A stretch of DNA of 64,000 nucleotides from Candidatus Cloacimonadales bacterium. GTDB lineage: Bacteria > Cloacimonadota > Cloacimonadia > Cloacimonadales > DAONDQ01. Location of the stretch: NCBI GenBank assembly GCA_963662275.1, contig OY759316.1, forward strand, positions 2,016,001-2,080,000, written 5' to 3'. The translations under genes were made by a program, and so were the position numbers. Shown here piece after piece: positions 18,185 to 28,054 of this stretch (position 1 is the first letter of the stretch; the number at the start of each line of letters is the position of its first letter). The notes below the pieces were generated by a model. It was not told where the DNA came from. It was given only the letters and a program-made list of their open reading frames with translations, and made no database searches.

Positions 18185-20677
18185 CTATTTCAGCAGCATC
18201 AGCTTTTTCATGACCTGGTGTTCAGCAGTCTGCAAGCGGGCAAAATATATACCGCTGCTCACTGCTTCACCATTTTCATTGTTACCGTCCCATTTTATTT
18301 TGTGAGAACCTTCTATTTGCCAGCCATCCCACAGAGTTTTTACCAGTTGTCCCTTCACATTATAAATCTGCAGAGAAGACGAACCGGCTTTAACAGTATT
18401 GTATTCAATGACAGTGCTGGGATTGAAAGGATTGGGATAACAGGTCATTCGTATCGGTACTTCTGCAGCAGGTGTCATGAACGATAGCCTGGTGCCGGCA
18501 TAGAGGTAATCATCACCCTTATGAAGCTTCAGAGGCGACTGTGTAATGACCCTGGTTTGAGGATCATAGACGTAGGCTGTGGAAATGTGCTGCAGTCCGG
18601 CTTTCGATTCATAGTATTTGACAATTTCCAGTTCCGTGTCTTCCGGAAGATCAAGGACATAAGCATTGATTTCCATCAGCGTATCATCAACAACCGAAGC
18701 TCCTTTGCAGACACCGTCCGCATAGACAGCGACCTCTTTCAAGCCGGTTTCTGCTCCGAGAGCGATAAATACCGGCAGGTAATCCGCTTTCTCATTGAAG
18801 GTGAAGTATTCCGGTATTTCCCTGACTACATGAGGTATTGGTCTAATCCGATTCCAGATAAAACTCGGAACTTCATTGTAGCATTTGATGATCGCCATAT
18901 CACCATAATTGAACTGTCTTTTTCCGCTGGAAATCATCCAGCCGTCTTTAGTTCTTGCCATAAACCAGGTTTGGGTTTGAATCGAATACACATTTGCCCA
19001 GATGGAAGCCAGGGCTTTTTCCGGAGACTGGGATTCCGGTAGAAAATATCCAACCCAGTTTTCAATGCGGTTGCCATACAGGTGAAGCGGTGTATCCGGT
19101 GAACATCTCGGTGCTGTGATCGAAAGCTCAGAATAATCTGCGGGAGTAGTAATCAGAGCTTTGTAGCCTTGAGGTGAAGTGAGAACATGTGACTGATTTG
19201 TCCAGAGAGAACCTTCCCGAATATAATTATACGGGTTTCCCATGATACTCCATTCTTCATGCTGTAGAACACCTGTGCCCGCAAGATGTTCCATGACATT
19301 CCCAATCTGAGGATTCGTGTCATAGACATCCAGGACGGGATAACAGAGCCAGGTACAGCCATGATGGCTGGAATCAGTACCGTAGAACTTGTAGTTGCGT
19401 GTTTCCTGGGAAACAGGTAATGCTCCCATATCACTACGGGTATTATCAGCATCAGGAAGTTCAGGATCACCGGCATCAATACACGGGCTTTTACAGTTTG
19501 ATTCCCAGGCTAGCGAGAAGTCATCAGACTCCAGGTTCTTAAACCCGGGATCAAGATTAATAGTGCCTGTATTAACCGTCGGATATACGGTATTACCAAT
19601 ATCGCAATAGGTAATTGTCTGGGGATATTCATTGCTGGAACCAAACGCGCCATTAGTTGCCAGTTGTATTGGCAGGTCATTATGCATCGCATCCTGGTTA
19701 TGATAAATAATGCAATTGCTTAAAACTGCCTGACCGCCCAGATTGCCGGAAGCTCTCTCAAAATAAACGCCGACAGCATTGGTAGATGATATGTGATTAT
19801 GAGCAACTGTGCAATAATCCATGATAAATCTCACCTTGTCCGGACCCAAAAAGTTGAATGCATCCGCTGCATAGATGGCACAGGAATGTGAGAAGTTATC
19901 GTATACCTGGCAACTGCCGAATAGGACATTGTAGGCATTTGACTGATTTTCTGCAGCATGATTTACTTCAAATGCTCCGGCATATCCCGTTGGAGCAGAA
20001 TTTGTATAAATCCCGCACGACTGGACTGTATGCGTACCTTCTTCAATATACAAGCCCCCTCCGGAACTGTCATACCCTCCGTCATCTGCAACTGAATTGC
20101 TGTATATTTTACAATTTGTAATGCTGCTGCTTCCCCGCATGAGGGCAATGCCTCCGCCATGAAGAGCAGTATTATTCCTGATATCGCAATGATCAATATT
20201 TACATTTATGGCATTTTTACAGAATACTCCGCCGCCTCTGCGCTCATTATGCCCATTTGCCGAAATTAATGTACCACCGCCATTTTTCAGTGTGAAACCC
20301 TTCAGATAAATGCTTACACCCGGAGTGACGCAATTAATGATCTCACAGGCGGAATCCGTTAATTGAGCTCCCGTGTTTCCGTGGATCATGGTGGAGCCGA
20401 TAAAATTGGAATTATTCGCTTCACAGTAACGGCTCTCAATCGTCAGGTTAGACGTCCTTCCTGAAATGACAATCGGTCCATAGTCACCGGGATAAACAAT
20501 GATCCTGACAGCCTCGTTAGGATTCATACACGAAATTGCCGTATAAATTTGCTGGAATGGAGAGGCAAGCGTACCTGCTCCGCCGGTTGAAGATGTGATG
20601 TTGACATAAAGCGTTTGCAGTGAGAATAAGATAGAAGTGAGCGTGAGCAGCGTTCCCAAGAAAATGACTCGTTTCAT
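18185..20677 (-). CDS. Secreted parallel beta-helix protein with T9SS/FlgD-type C-terminal domain
   Basis: Signal peptide; GGG beta-helix repeats; SPCIDAGDP...DNTRSDMGA; CYPNPFNPST...IYNVKGQLVKTL...SSGIYF. Confidence 0.85.
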   Translation of the reverse strand: MKRVIFLGTLLTLTSILFSLQTLYVNITSSTGGAGTLASPFQQIYTAISCMNPNEAVRIIVYPGDYGPIVISGRTSNLTIESRYCEANNSNFIGSTMIHGNTGAQLTDSACEIINCVTPGVSIYLKGFTLKNGGGTLISANGHNERRGGGVFCKNAINVNIDHCDIRNNTALHGGGIALMRGSSSITNCKIYSNSVADDGGYDSSGGGLYIEEGTHTVQSCGIYTNSAPTGYAGAFEVNHAAENQSNAYNVLFGSCQVYDNFSHSCAIYAADAFNFLGPDKVRFIMDYCTVAHNHISSTNAVGVYFERASGNLGGQAVLSNCIIYHNQDAMHNDLPIQLATNGAFGSSNEYPQTITYCDIGNTVYPTVNTGTINLDPGFKNLESDDFSLAWESNCKSPCIDAGDPELPDADNTRSDMGALPVSQETRNYKFYGTDSSHHGCTWLCYPVLDVYDTNPQIGNVMEHLAGTGVLQHEEWSIMGNPYNYIREGSLWTNQSHVLTSPQGYKALITTPADYSELSITAPRCSPDTPLHLYGNRIENWVGYFLPESQSPEKALASIWANVYSIQTQTWFMARTKDGWMISSGKRQFNYGDMAIIKCYNEVPSFIWNRIRPIPHVVREIPEYFTFNEKADYLPVFIALGAETGLKEVAVYADGVCKGASVVDDTLMEINAYVLDLPEDTELEIVKYYESKAGLQHISTAYVYDPQTRVITQSPLKLHKGDDYLYAGTRLSFMTPAAEVPIRMTCYPNPFNPSTVIEYNTVKAGSSSLQIYNVKGQLVKTLWDGWQIEGSHKIKWDGNNENGEAVSSGIYFARLQTAEHQVMKKLMLLK

Positions 20678-20892
20678 TTTTTTCCTCCGTGGGTTGTTCC
20701 TAAAACGTGTATGCCTTAATAGTAATCATTATAATTATATGTCAAGAAAAAGATGGGAATAAATTAATAATTAAATACAAATTGAATATGATGATATTTC
20801 TAACTATATATGGGATCATTTGCAGTCGAGACATGGAACGCTGTTTTCAAACGGCTATGCTTCCAAATAAACTACTATCATTCCACTTAATT

Positions 20893-20963
20893 GATACCAA
20901 GTTCATACCTGTTTCATACCAGTTTCATTCCTGTTTCATTCCTGTTTCGAGAAACTGGTATGA
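20893..20963. repeat. 11-bp tandem repeat (CATWCCWGTTT x5) followed by an inverted copy
   Basis: gataccaagtt catacctgttt cataccagttt cattcctgttt cattcctgttt, then AAACTGGTATGA. Confidence 0.75.
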
Positions 20964-21388
20964 GATAGGATTAATATTTGTTTGAACTTGCTATATATCA
21001 AGTATAAACTTTGGGGCATGATATCGGTTGTTTGGCGGAGATCTGGATATTGAATTGTAGATTATTTTTTGGTATTGATTTTCGAAATAGTTTAGGGTTT
21101 AAGTCCGAAGGACGTTATTCTGTTAGCCAAGGAAGTCCCTACTGGGAAAAGTAGGGGTTCGCGTCAGCAGACACATTCTGGTTAAGAGTCCTGTAGGACG
21201 GAACAAGACTGTAGCGCTTACTTTAGGAGGTTTTTTCTTTGTAGTCACTGCTTCAGCTTGTGTGTAATGATCTTTAGGTCATTGTCTGCCGTCCTGTGAG
21301 CTACCGGAACGCCTGACCCCGTCAGGTGGCAAAACGCACCCCGTGCGTTTCTATCTCCAAGCTGAAGTATGATCGGTATCCTGTTCTT

Positions 21389-21469
21389 CAACCGCGTAAA
21401 TGCGGAGCCACAAAGACCAACCGCGTCAAGGCGGAGCTACGAAGACCAACCGCATAAATGCGGAGCTAC
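21389..21469 (-). repeat. Three REP-like hairpins (29-bp period), family of hairpin B of the 58-bp array
   Basis: CAACCGCGTAAATGCGGAGCYAC-type units at 21389, 21418, 21447; minus strand GTAGCTCCGC...GCGGTTG; another copy near 52584-52606. Confidence 0.85.
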
Positions 21470-21573
21470 GAAAATAGTATGATCGGCATCCTTCTCGAAA
21501 AAAGAAATTGACATAAAAACGCTCTAACTTTCTTTTACACATAATATTATAAGTTAAATGGAGGAACCACCGA

Positions 21574-21831
21574 ATGCCACAACACAAATCACCTCGCAAG
21601 AGACTAAAACAGAACGCAAAACGTGAAGCTCGTAACAACTACGTCAAGAAGACCATCAAAACCTTAGCAAAGAAAATTCATTCTGAGATGCCTATCGAAG
21701 AAAAGAAAGTCATGCTCAGTGAAGTTTTTTCTCAATTAGATAAAGCTGCCAAGAAAGGTGTGATTCATGCCAGAACCGCATCACGCCGCAAATCCCGTAT
21801 TGCCCTATACCTGAATAAACTTGAAGGCTAA
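21574..21831 (+). CDS. rpsT: 30S ribosomal protein S20
   Basis: MPQHKS..KR..Q..KR..RN; LDKAAKKGVIH..TASRRKSR. Confidence 0.96.
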   Translation: MPQHKSPRKRLKQNAKREARNNYVKKTIKTLAKKIHSEMPIEEKKVMLSEVFSQLDKAAKKGVIHARTASRRKSRIALYLNKLEG

Positions 21832-21844
21832 ACCATTATAGATG

Positions 21845-21872
21845 AAACGGCAGGTGATGAACCTGCCGTTTT
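21845..21872 (+). terminator. Rho-independent terminator after rpsT
   Basis: AAACGGCAGG-tgatgaa-CCTGCCGTTT then T. Confidence 0.75.
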
Positions 21873-21924
21873 GCTTTGGAACGCAGTTTGTACTTTCTGT
21901 TGTACCCCCAGTTGAACCGCCAGT

Positions 21925-22048
21925 TGTACCGCGTTATTCATAACGTGTTCCGCTGAATTTATTCAGCTACTACGATCGCAATATCAATATTGCAGTACAC
22001 GTTATGAATAACGCGTTACAATTAGTAGGTTATGAATAACGCGTTACA
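21925..22048. repeat. REPIN-like inverted repeat plus a third copy
   Basis: 21925-21948 and 21997-22020 are 23/24 inverted; 22029-22048 repeats GTTATGAATAACGCGTTACA. Confidence 0.85.
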
Positions 22049-22318
22049 GATTGGAATCTAATGAGTAATCTGCTCTTATGTCACACCTTAGAAGCATCAT
22101 ATTAAAATATAGAAATTACTTTATCTGATATTTCAACTAAAACCATTAATAATCAACTTTTGAGTACCTTTCAAGAACGCAGTCAAATTAATAAAAAAAA
22201 CAATGTAACTAATATATATTGATAAATTAGGATTTATACACAATTTTACTTGACACGAAATATATTGTAAGCTTTTCTGAAATTGCCGGGGATAAATATA
22301 GTAAAAAAATAAATTGTT

Positions 22319-23083
22319 GTGAGAGGTATTCGTGTGAAGTTTGTAGTTTTTTTAGTATTATTTTTATCTGTCCTTCAACTATATTCTCAGGATGTTACTT
22401 ATGTTGATAGAGGATTCAATCGCTATTATGAGGATTTATTAGAAAATACATCAGTGTATTTTTCGACCTCTGATTATGAAATAAGAACAAACACTATTCA
22501 TAATTGTAATGACCTTATGTCCAGGATGAAAGCTCTTAGAAATTCTAAAAGAAAACTAAATAATCTAGAAACAGATAAGTATATTCATTTCTCACAGCTC
22601 TATCTCCAATTACTAAAAAACTATGGTGCTTACAAGATACTTGAAAAAGTAAAAGATGACCTGAAGACATTAAATCCACTAATTCAACAGGATACTTTAT
22701 CATATATTTGGGAAATGAAACCTCTCTTGAAAAAGCAAGTGCTTGATTCATTAAAAATTAATGCACTCGGTATCGATTATTTAAAGCCTACTTTGAATGT
22801 GCAAAATCCCCAAAAGCTAAAATCTATAATAAAGATAACTTATCAATGTCTAAAAGACTCACTTGTAAGTAATGATATTAACGATAATATCGAAAAAAAA
22901 CAGAAAATATTTATATTTGAAAGAGATCGGTTTAATCAAGAAATTCAAGTTGGCTTTATTTCAGGATACTATTGTTTTCCAGATGGTAAATATATTTTTG
23001 ATGATGGAATCAACACTCAAACTGTTTTTTTGAGTTTGCATAATATTGTTTCAATTACCTTACCTCTTTCTTCTTCAAATTAA
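22319..23083 (+). CDS. Hypothetical exported protein
   Basis: N-terminal signal-like segment KFVVFLVLFLSVLQLYSQ (start may be GTG 22334); first gene of an AT-rich co-oriented run. Confidence 0.7.
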   Translation: MRGIRVKFVVFLVLFLSVLQLYSQDVTYVDRGFNRYYEDLLENTSVYFSTSDYEIRTNTIHNCNDLMSRMKALRNSKRKLNNLETDKYIHFSQLYLQLLKNYGAYKILEKVKDDLKTLNPLIQQDTLSYIWEMKPLLKKQVLDSLKINALGIDYLKPTLNVQNPQKLKSIIKITYQCLKDSLVSNDINDNIEKKQKIFIFERDRFNQEIQVGFISGYYCFPDGKYIFDDGINTQTVFLSLHNIVSITLPLSSSN

Positions 23084-23139
23084 AGAAAATACGGTATTAG
23101 TGATAAATTTTGCATCAATACAATAAAACGGAGGATTAA

Positions 23140-23886
23140 ATGAGCATATGGTTACATTTTGTTAAGTTCTATACCGAAGGAGGTTTTTTTATGAATATTA
23201 TAACCTTCTGGGGCATAACGGCTATTGTTCTTTTTATTGAAAGGTATTACGTGATTTGGTTATCGAAAACAAAGAAAATGTCGAAAATTCAACTTGATAA
23301 TTTAGGAAATAGTATTCTTGAAGAGAGTCAAAAAAGTATCAGCTATAAGGAAATGAAAGAGCAACTGACCAAATCGATATATACTAATTATGAAAACATT
23401 CCAAAGCATCCGAAGGAAATTAACTCACTTACAACTGAAAACCAATTAAAAGAATCATTGGCAATAGATGATTTAAATAACGAAATAGTTCATAAAACTA
23501 AACTCCAGGATAAAGTTGATCCGGATCTTTTAACCTATCAAACAATAAGTAGTTATTATATACTTATGGAAGAAGAGAGAAGGATGGAAAACTATATCCG
23601 TGATGAATATGAAAGGTTGAACGATAGAGTAGATTGGTTATATCAATTAGCAAATCTATCAACATTAACAGGCTTGTTAGGAACTGTTTTTGGATTAATC
23701 ACAGCATTTGCTTCAACATCTGCTGCTGATCCTTCCCAAAAAGGGATATTGCTATCGATAGGAATTTCAAATGCTATGAATACGACGGCTTTTGGATTAG
23801 TCATTGCATTGCCTTGTCTGGCAATATTTCAACTTTTTTGTTGGAAAATTGATAAGAGAATACACAAATTGGAAAAAAGTTTGTAA
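23140..23886 (+). CDS. MotA/TolQ/ExbB proton channel family protein (AglR-like)
   Basis: GG.FM..I...G......IER; NLSTLTGLLGTVFGLITAF; GISNAMNTTAFGLVIALP. Confidence 0.9.
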   Translation: MSIWLHFVKFYTEGGFFMNIITFWGITAIVLFIERYYVIWLSKTKKMSKIQLDNLGNSILEESQKSISYKEMKEQLTKSIYTNYENIPKHPKEINSLTTENQLKESLAIDDLNNEIVHKTKLQDKVDPDLLTYQTISSYYILMEEERRMENYIRDEYERLNDRVDWLYQLANLSTLTGLLGTVFGLITAFASTSAADPSQKGILLSIGISNAMNTTAFGLVIALPCLAIFQLFCWKIDKRIHKLEKSL

Positions 23887-23888
23887 AA

Positions 23889-24320
23889 ATGTCAAAATAT
23901 TCAAAATCAAGAGATCAGAGAGAGTTACTGCTCATACCAATTATGGGACTTTTTCTTACAATAGTTCCATTATTGCTATTGTCAGTAAGTTTTGTTCATG
24001 TTGGGTCAATCAATATTTCTCTTCCCACTTTAGGTGTTGTTTCTAGGGAACAGAAAGCTGTGATGAAAGATGATATTATAACGGTGAAACTGCAAGAAGA
24101 TCATACCTTGACACTGGTTCAAAACGATCTTGTATTAAAAAATACTAAATTAGAAGCGAGCGCTATCTATGACTATCTAAAGCTATCAATACCCAATAAT
24201 ATCAAAACATCCACAATTGTCTTTATTGATATTGCTGATCAGATCCCTTATGCTGACATGATTCAAATAATAGATGCCCTTAGAGATAGGGGATTTTATA
24301 AAATAAGTGTTTACAAATGA
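23889..24320 (+). CDS. ExbD/TolR family protein 1
   Basis: N-terminal TM LIPIMGLFLTIVPLLL, I.ISLP, C-terminal AD..IPY..MIQIIDALR..GF.KI. Confidence 0.85.
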   Translation: MSKYSKSRDQRELLLIPIMGLFLTIVPLLLLSVSFVHVGSINISLPTLGVVSREQKAVMKDDIITVKLQEDHTLTLVQNDLVLKNTKLEASAIYDYLKLSIPNNIKTSTIVFIDIADQIPYADMIQIIDALRDRGFYKISVYK

Positions 24321-24787
24321 AAAGAAAAACATATCTAAAAAAGCCAAATCGTAAAACAATACAAATCACATCGATGCTTGATGTTTTTACGATTCTGCTC
24401 GTTTTTCTAATAAAAAATATCTCATCAGATAGTGACAATATGTTGAATATGATCAAGGAATTTGAATTACCTTACTCACACTCTCTAGAGAACGTGCATA
24501 AAACATACTTAATTGTAATTGGAGTCAACGGGATTTCCGTTAATAATGAGTCAGTAATCGAGAAAGCAAATACTAGTCAGCTAACAGCTCATGATTTTGA
24601 TTTGATGCGTAAGAAAATAGAGAATATGAAGGCTGAAGTTCAAAAATCAAAATTAAAGTTCTCAGTAGAAATCACAATAGCTGCAGACAAAAAAATACCT
24701 TCCTACGTAATTAAAAATGTCCTTGCTCTATGCGCAGAAAATGGATTCAATCAGATTTATTTGGCGACTAAGAAGTTGGAACCCTAA
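24317..24787 (+). CDS. ExbD/TolR family protein 2 (AglS-like)
   Basis: ITSMLDVFTILLVFLIK TM with Asp; IAADKKIP..VIK.VL..C...GF..I.LA. Confidence 0.88.
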   Translation: MKRKTYLKKPNRKTIQITSMLDVFTILLVFLIKNISSDSDNMLNMIKEFELPYSHSLENVHKTYLIVIGVNGISVNNESVIEKANTSQLTAHDFDLMRKKIENMKAEVQKSKLKFSVEITIAADKKIPSYVIKNVLALCAENGFNQIYLATKKLEP

Positions 24788-25746
24788 TGTCATTTATTAT
24801 GTTTTTCAATTTCAAGACTCTATTATTAATTGGCCTAATGGGGTATGTTGTTTTACTCTTTGCAATATACAATACCAAGTTACCCAGTAATCTGAATAAT
24901 ATGAGTGATAAATATATAAAAAGATTAGTAGGTTATGCGGTTAAAAATGAAACCCAAGACTATAAATTAGCTAGCTTTCATAATGAACAGATGACTAATA
25001 ATGTTTTTAAAAACAATACAGATAAATCTCTAACACAAAAGAACAATAAAAAGCCAAACAGAACGATAAAGAAGTTAGAAAACATTAACTCATTTGAAGA
25101 TTCAGATCTTAAGAATTCTTCAAACAATGAAGAATCTTATGAAATACCTCAAATTGCATCACCTAAAATCAGGAATCGAACCAACACCGAGACACCCCAA
25201 AGATCAATGTTTACTTCATCAAACACAGATTTGATTGTCACAACTAAATCACAAAATGAATCATTTGATATTCTAGAAAATGCAATTCCTAAATCATCAA
25301 GGAAATTGAACAAAGGCCTAATTTTTAGTCCCAGTGATAACTATAAAAAATCAAATAATAGGAATAATGAAACTAAAGCAAATGATTTATCTAGTAAATC
25401 ATCTGTAAATATACAAAATTCTGAGACTATCGAAATTAATGATGTAATTAGGAAATATGGAAGCAAAACGTATGATCCAATTCCCCCAATGAACATGAGA
25501 CAAATATATGATAAATTATTGAAATTGTATCCAATGATTGAACGATACGAAAAAGATGAACAAGTTGTCGTTATTTCTGATCCGGAAGGCCAACCAAGTA
25601 TCCATGTCGTGATAGATATTAAGACTTATCCCCCAAAAATATCGTTCTTAAAAAATGAATTTTCACAAAATAGAATTCCTTACTTGCTTGATTATTTGAA
25701 AGCTACCTGTAAAAATTTAGAAAAAAAATATCAGAAAAGCAAATAG
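24787..25746 (+). CDS. Single-TM protein with long low-complexity periplasmic linker (TonB/GltG-like position)
   Basis: N-terminal TM, N/S/K-rich linker, ~90-aa globular C-terminus; directly after the exbD pair; function inferred from position. Confidence 0.6.
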   Translation: MSFIMFFNFKTLLLIGLMGYVVLLFAIYNTKLPSNLNNMSDKYIKRLVGYAVKNETQDYKLASFHNEQMTNNVFKNNTDKSLTQKNNKKPNRTIKKLENINSFEDSDLKNSSNNEESYEIPQIASPKIRNRTNTETPQRSMFTSSNTDLIVTTKSQNESFDILENAIPKSSRKLNKGLIFSPSDNYKKSNNRNNETKANDLSSKSSVNIQNSETIEINDVIRKYGSKTYDPIPPMNMRQIYDKLLKLYPMIERYEKDEQVVVISDPEGQPSIHVVIDIKTYPPKISFLKNEFSQNRIPYLLDYLKATCKNLEKKYQKSK

Positions 25747-25769
25747 TTGCTAATGAAGGCAGGGCAAAA

Positions 25770-27701
25770 ATGACTAGAAACATGTTTGTATTGATTTGCA
25801 TTTTGTTTTATACAAGCTTAATGGCTCAGTATTTACAACCGAATCCAAAATTAGCCAAAAAATGTAGGGTGCTTGCTGCTCATCGTTTTCAAGTTGAAGA
25901 TTATTCAGGGGCAAAAGTAACCTGCGATAGTTTATTACTGTTCGTACCATATACTAGTTTAATTAGCACATTGAAATCAGTAGGGTCAAATTTCTTTGTT
26001 GGTGCAGATAATTTTGATGATGATCGTCAACAGCAGCTTCAGCTATACGGATACGCACTAACATATTTTAATAGAGCTATCGAATATACTACAAAACCAG
26101 ATCTGTACTTCTATAAATATGCTTGTGAATATAGGATTAACAATTTGAATGCCAGACCTGATGATAATTTCCCTTACATTGTCCGATTGTGGAATTCTAT
26201 CCAAGATCATGAAACATATAATGAATGGAAAGATAAGTATTACTCAGATATGCCAGATAGTAATTACTATCAAATCTTCTTTGATTATTCAATACAATCA
26301 GCATTAGTTGATGCATCACCATCCAGATATTTACCGATGTTATTAAACTGTTGTGATCGTTTGGCTGAAATGTCTGATGCTCAAAAGAAAATTACTTGGG
26401 AAAAAACCAAATCCAGGCTTGAATTTGATAATCAGAATTTCGATTGTGGTGTTCTTTTCTATTACGGTTTAGAAACCGCGAATGCGGCACTACAAGTAAA
26501 GGATAAACAGTTATTAGAAATATCCCTCAATAGATATTTCGAGAACGCAATAAAGAAGGCAAAATTACCCGGATCAAAGGCTTTAATTTGTTATAATGCA
26601 TATATGTATGAATACGTAAATGATATTCATGATTTCGAGAGAGCATGTGAATTTATAAAAAGGGCTGTTGAATTTTCTCCCAATGATCCTGATTATCAAG
26701 AGTGTTTTGGCTATACATTTGTCCAAAACTATGAATCTCATAAAAAACAAGGTGAAAACGATTCTGAAAATAGAGCTTCTAATTGGGAGAGTGCTCTAGA
26801 ATATATCACTGAGGTGGCTGATTTTGCTTATTCGAAGCAAAACGAAGCTTGTTTTAAAGCAGCTGATTTTTACACTTTTCTGCATATGATGAGTGTATCA
26901 CCCGGAGAGAAAATCTTAAAAGCAAAAGAATACATAAATAAATCCTATATTCTTAATCCCAATTGGGCATCATCACAGACAGTGTTGAAAGATTTAATGT
27001 GGAATATTTACGATTTAAATGGCGGTCAACTTGAACTACGAACTTTTATTAATAACCATGGGGGAGATTATGATGCGTTTTACGCGTACAAGTATTCAGA
27101 AAAAAATAACGATAATAAGGATAATATCCAATACACTGCTAATATACAAGAATACATTGATCTATTAAATATTTATCAGATATCATTGTCGAATAATATG
27201 AATATTCCTGATTCACTCTTATTTTTAAGGAAGGCAGGTCGTAAATTAGAAGAATTTACTAAATCTATTCAAACTACGGACATCAATTCTTCTGAATGGG
27301 TTGATTTTCAAACTAGTATTCAGAACTTTCTCAAATCGGTAGATTTAGCAATTAAAAGAAAATTTGAATTAGTATATAATCCTCTAAGGAACTGGAGATC
27401 TTTTTCCAGTTTGAAACAAGCAAAAGCGTTTTCCAGTGTGTTTGATTCTGCGGTGAATTTGATGGATCATGAAATTTTTATTGAGTTAAATGTAAATACT
27501 CCAAATAAGGTAATTCGTAAATTTTCGTCTAAATTCGAAAGTATTTGCGCAGAAAAAATCAGATTAGGGAATACTCAATATATCCAAGATGTAGAATTCC
27601 CATTTTATCAGAATTTGAAAGAAAAAAGTAGATCAGTGCTAGTTAAGAATTTTACAAATCAAAACGTAAAAGACATGCTCAGAGGTCTTTTAATGAAATA
27701 A
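25770..27701 (+). CDS. Exported helical-repeat (TPR-like) protein
   Basis: Signal peptide ending LMAQ; A..YF.RAIE and A..FIKRAVEFSPND TPR-like patterns. Confidence 0.65.
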   Translation: MTRNMFVLICILFYTSLMAQYLQPNPKLAKKCRVLAAHRFQVEDYSGAKVTCDSLLLFVPYTSLISTLKSVGSNFFVGADNFDDDRQQQLQLYGYALTYFNRAIEYTTKPDLYFYKYACEYRINNLNARPDDNFPYIVRLWNSIQDHETYNEWKDKYYSDMPDSNYYQIFFDYSIQSALVDASPSRYLPMLLNCCDRLAEMSDAQKKITWEKTKSRLEFDNQNFDCGVLFYYGLETANAALQVKDKQLLEISLNRYFENAIKKAKLPGSKALICYNAYMYEYVNDIHDFERACEFIKRAVEFSPNDPDYQECFGYTFVQNYESHKKQGENDSENRASNWESALEYITEVADFAYSKQNEACFKAADFYTFLHMMSVSPGEKILKAKEYINKSYILNPNWASSQTVLKDLMWNIYDLNGGQLELRTFINNHGGDYDAFYAYKYSEKNNDNKDNIQYTANIQEYIDLLNIYQISLSNNMNIPDSLLFLRKAGRKLEEFTKSIQTTDINSSEWVDFQTSIQNFLKSVDLAIKRKFELVYNPLRNWRSFSSLKQAKAFSSVFDSAVNLMDHEIFIELNVNTPNKVIRKFSSKFESICAEKIRLGNTQYIQDVEFPFYQNLKEKSRSVLVKNFTNQNVKDMLRGLLMK

Positions 27702-28054
27702 TAAAGGTGAAATTGAAGTTGATTTTTTGATTCAAAATTGATTCTTAGTTAAATTATAGGAGGTTAATATGGGTGGAAGTGTTATTCAAGAACAACAAAA
27801 AAGTGATCAAAGAGTATACTTAACATAATATGGATATTTCGGAGTGAGAGAGCATAGTGTACGCTCCAACAGAGCCACGTCTTCGGAAAAATAGAGCCAC
27901 TCTTCTATTTTCAATAATTAATACAGGTAATATACAAAAAAATAAGCTATAACTAATCTTTTTGCGACGGCTGCCGTGAAGTGAGGCCGTAGGCCGAGCG
28001 AAGCGGCAGCCGTCGCCGGGAAAGTTGTAGTACCATCCCAAGTATTAACTATCG

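Noticed and set aside
18521..19042. 173-aa antisense ORF and the many other short antisense ORFs in the track
   Set aside because: Shadow frames of well-supported genes on the opposite strand, with no recognisable motifs.
21884..21932. 12-bp period degenerate repeat (CAGTTGTACCSC-like) after the rpsT terminator
   Set aside because: Only about four degenerate units with no supporting ORF; too weak to interpret.
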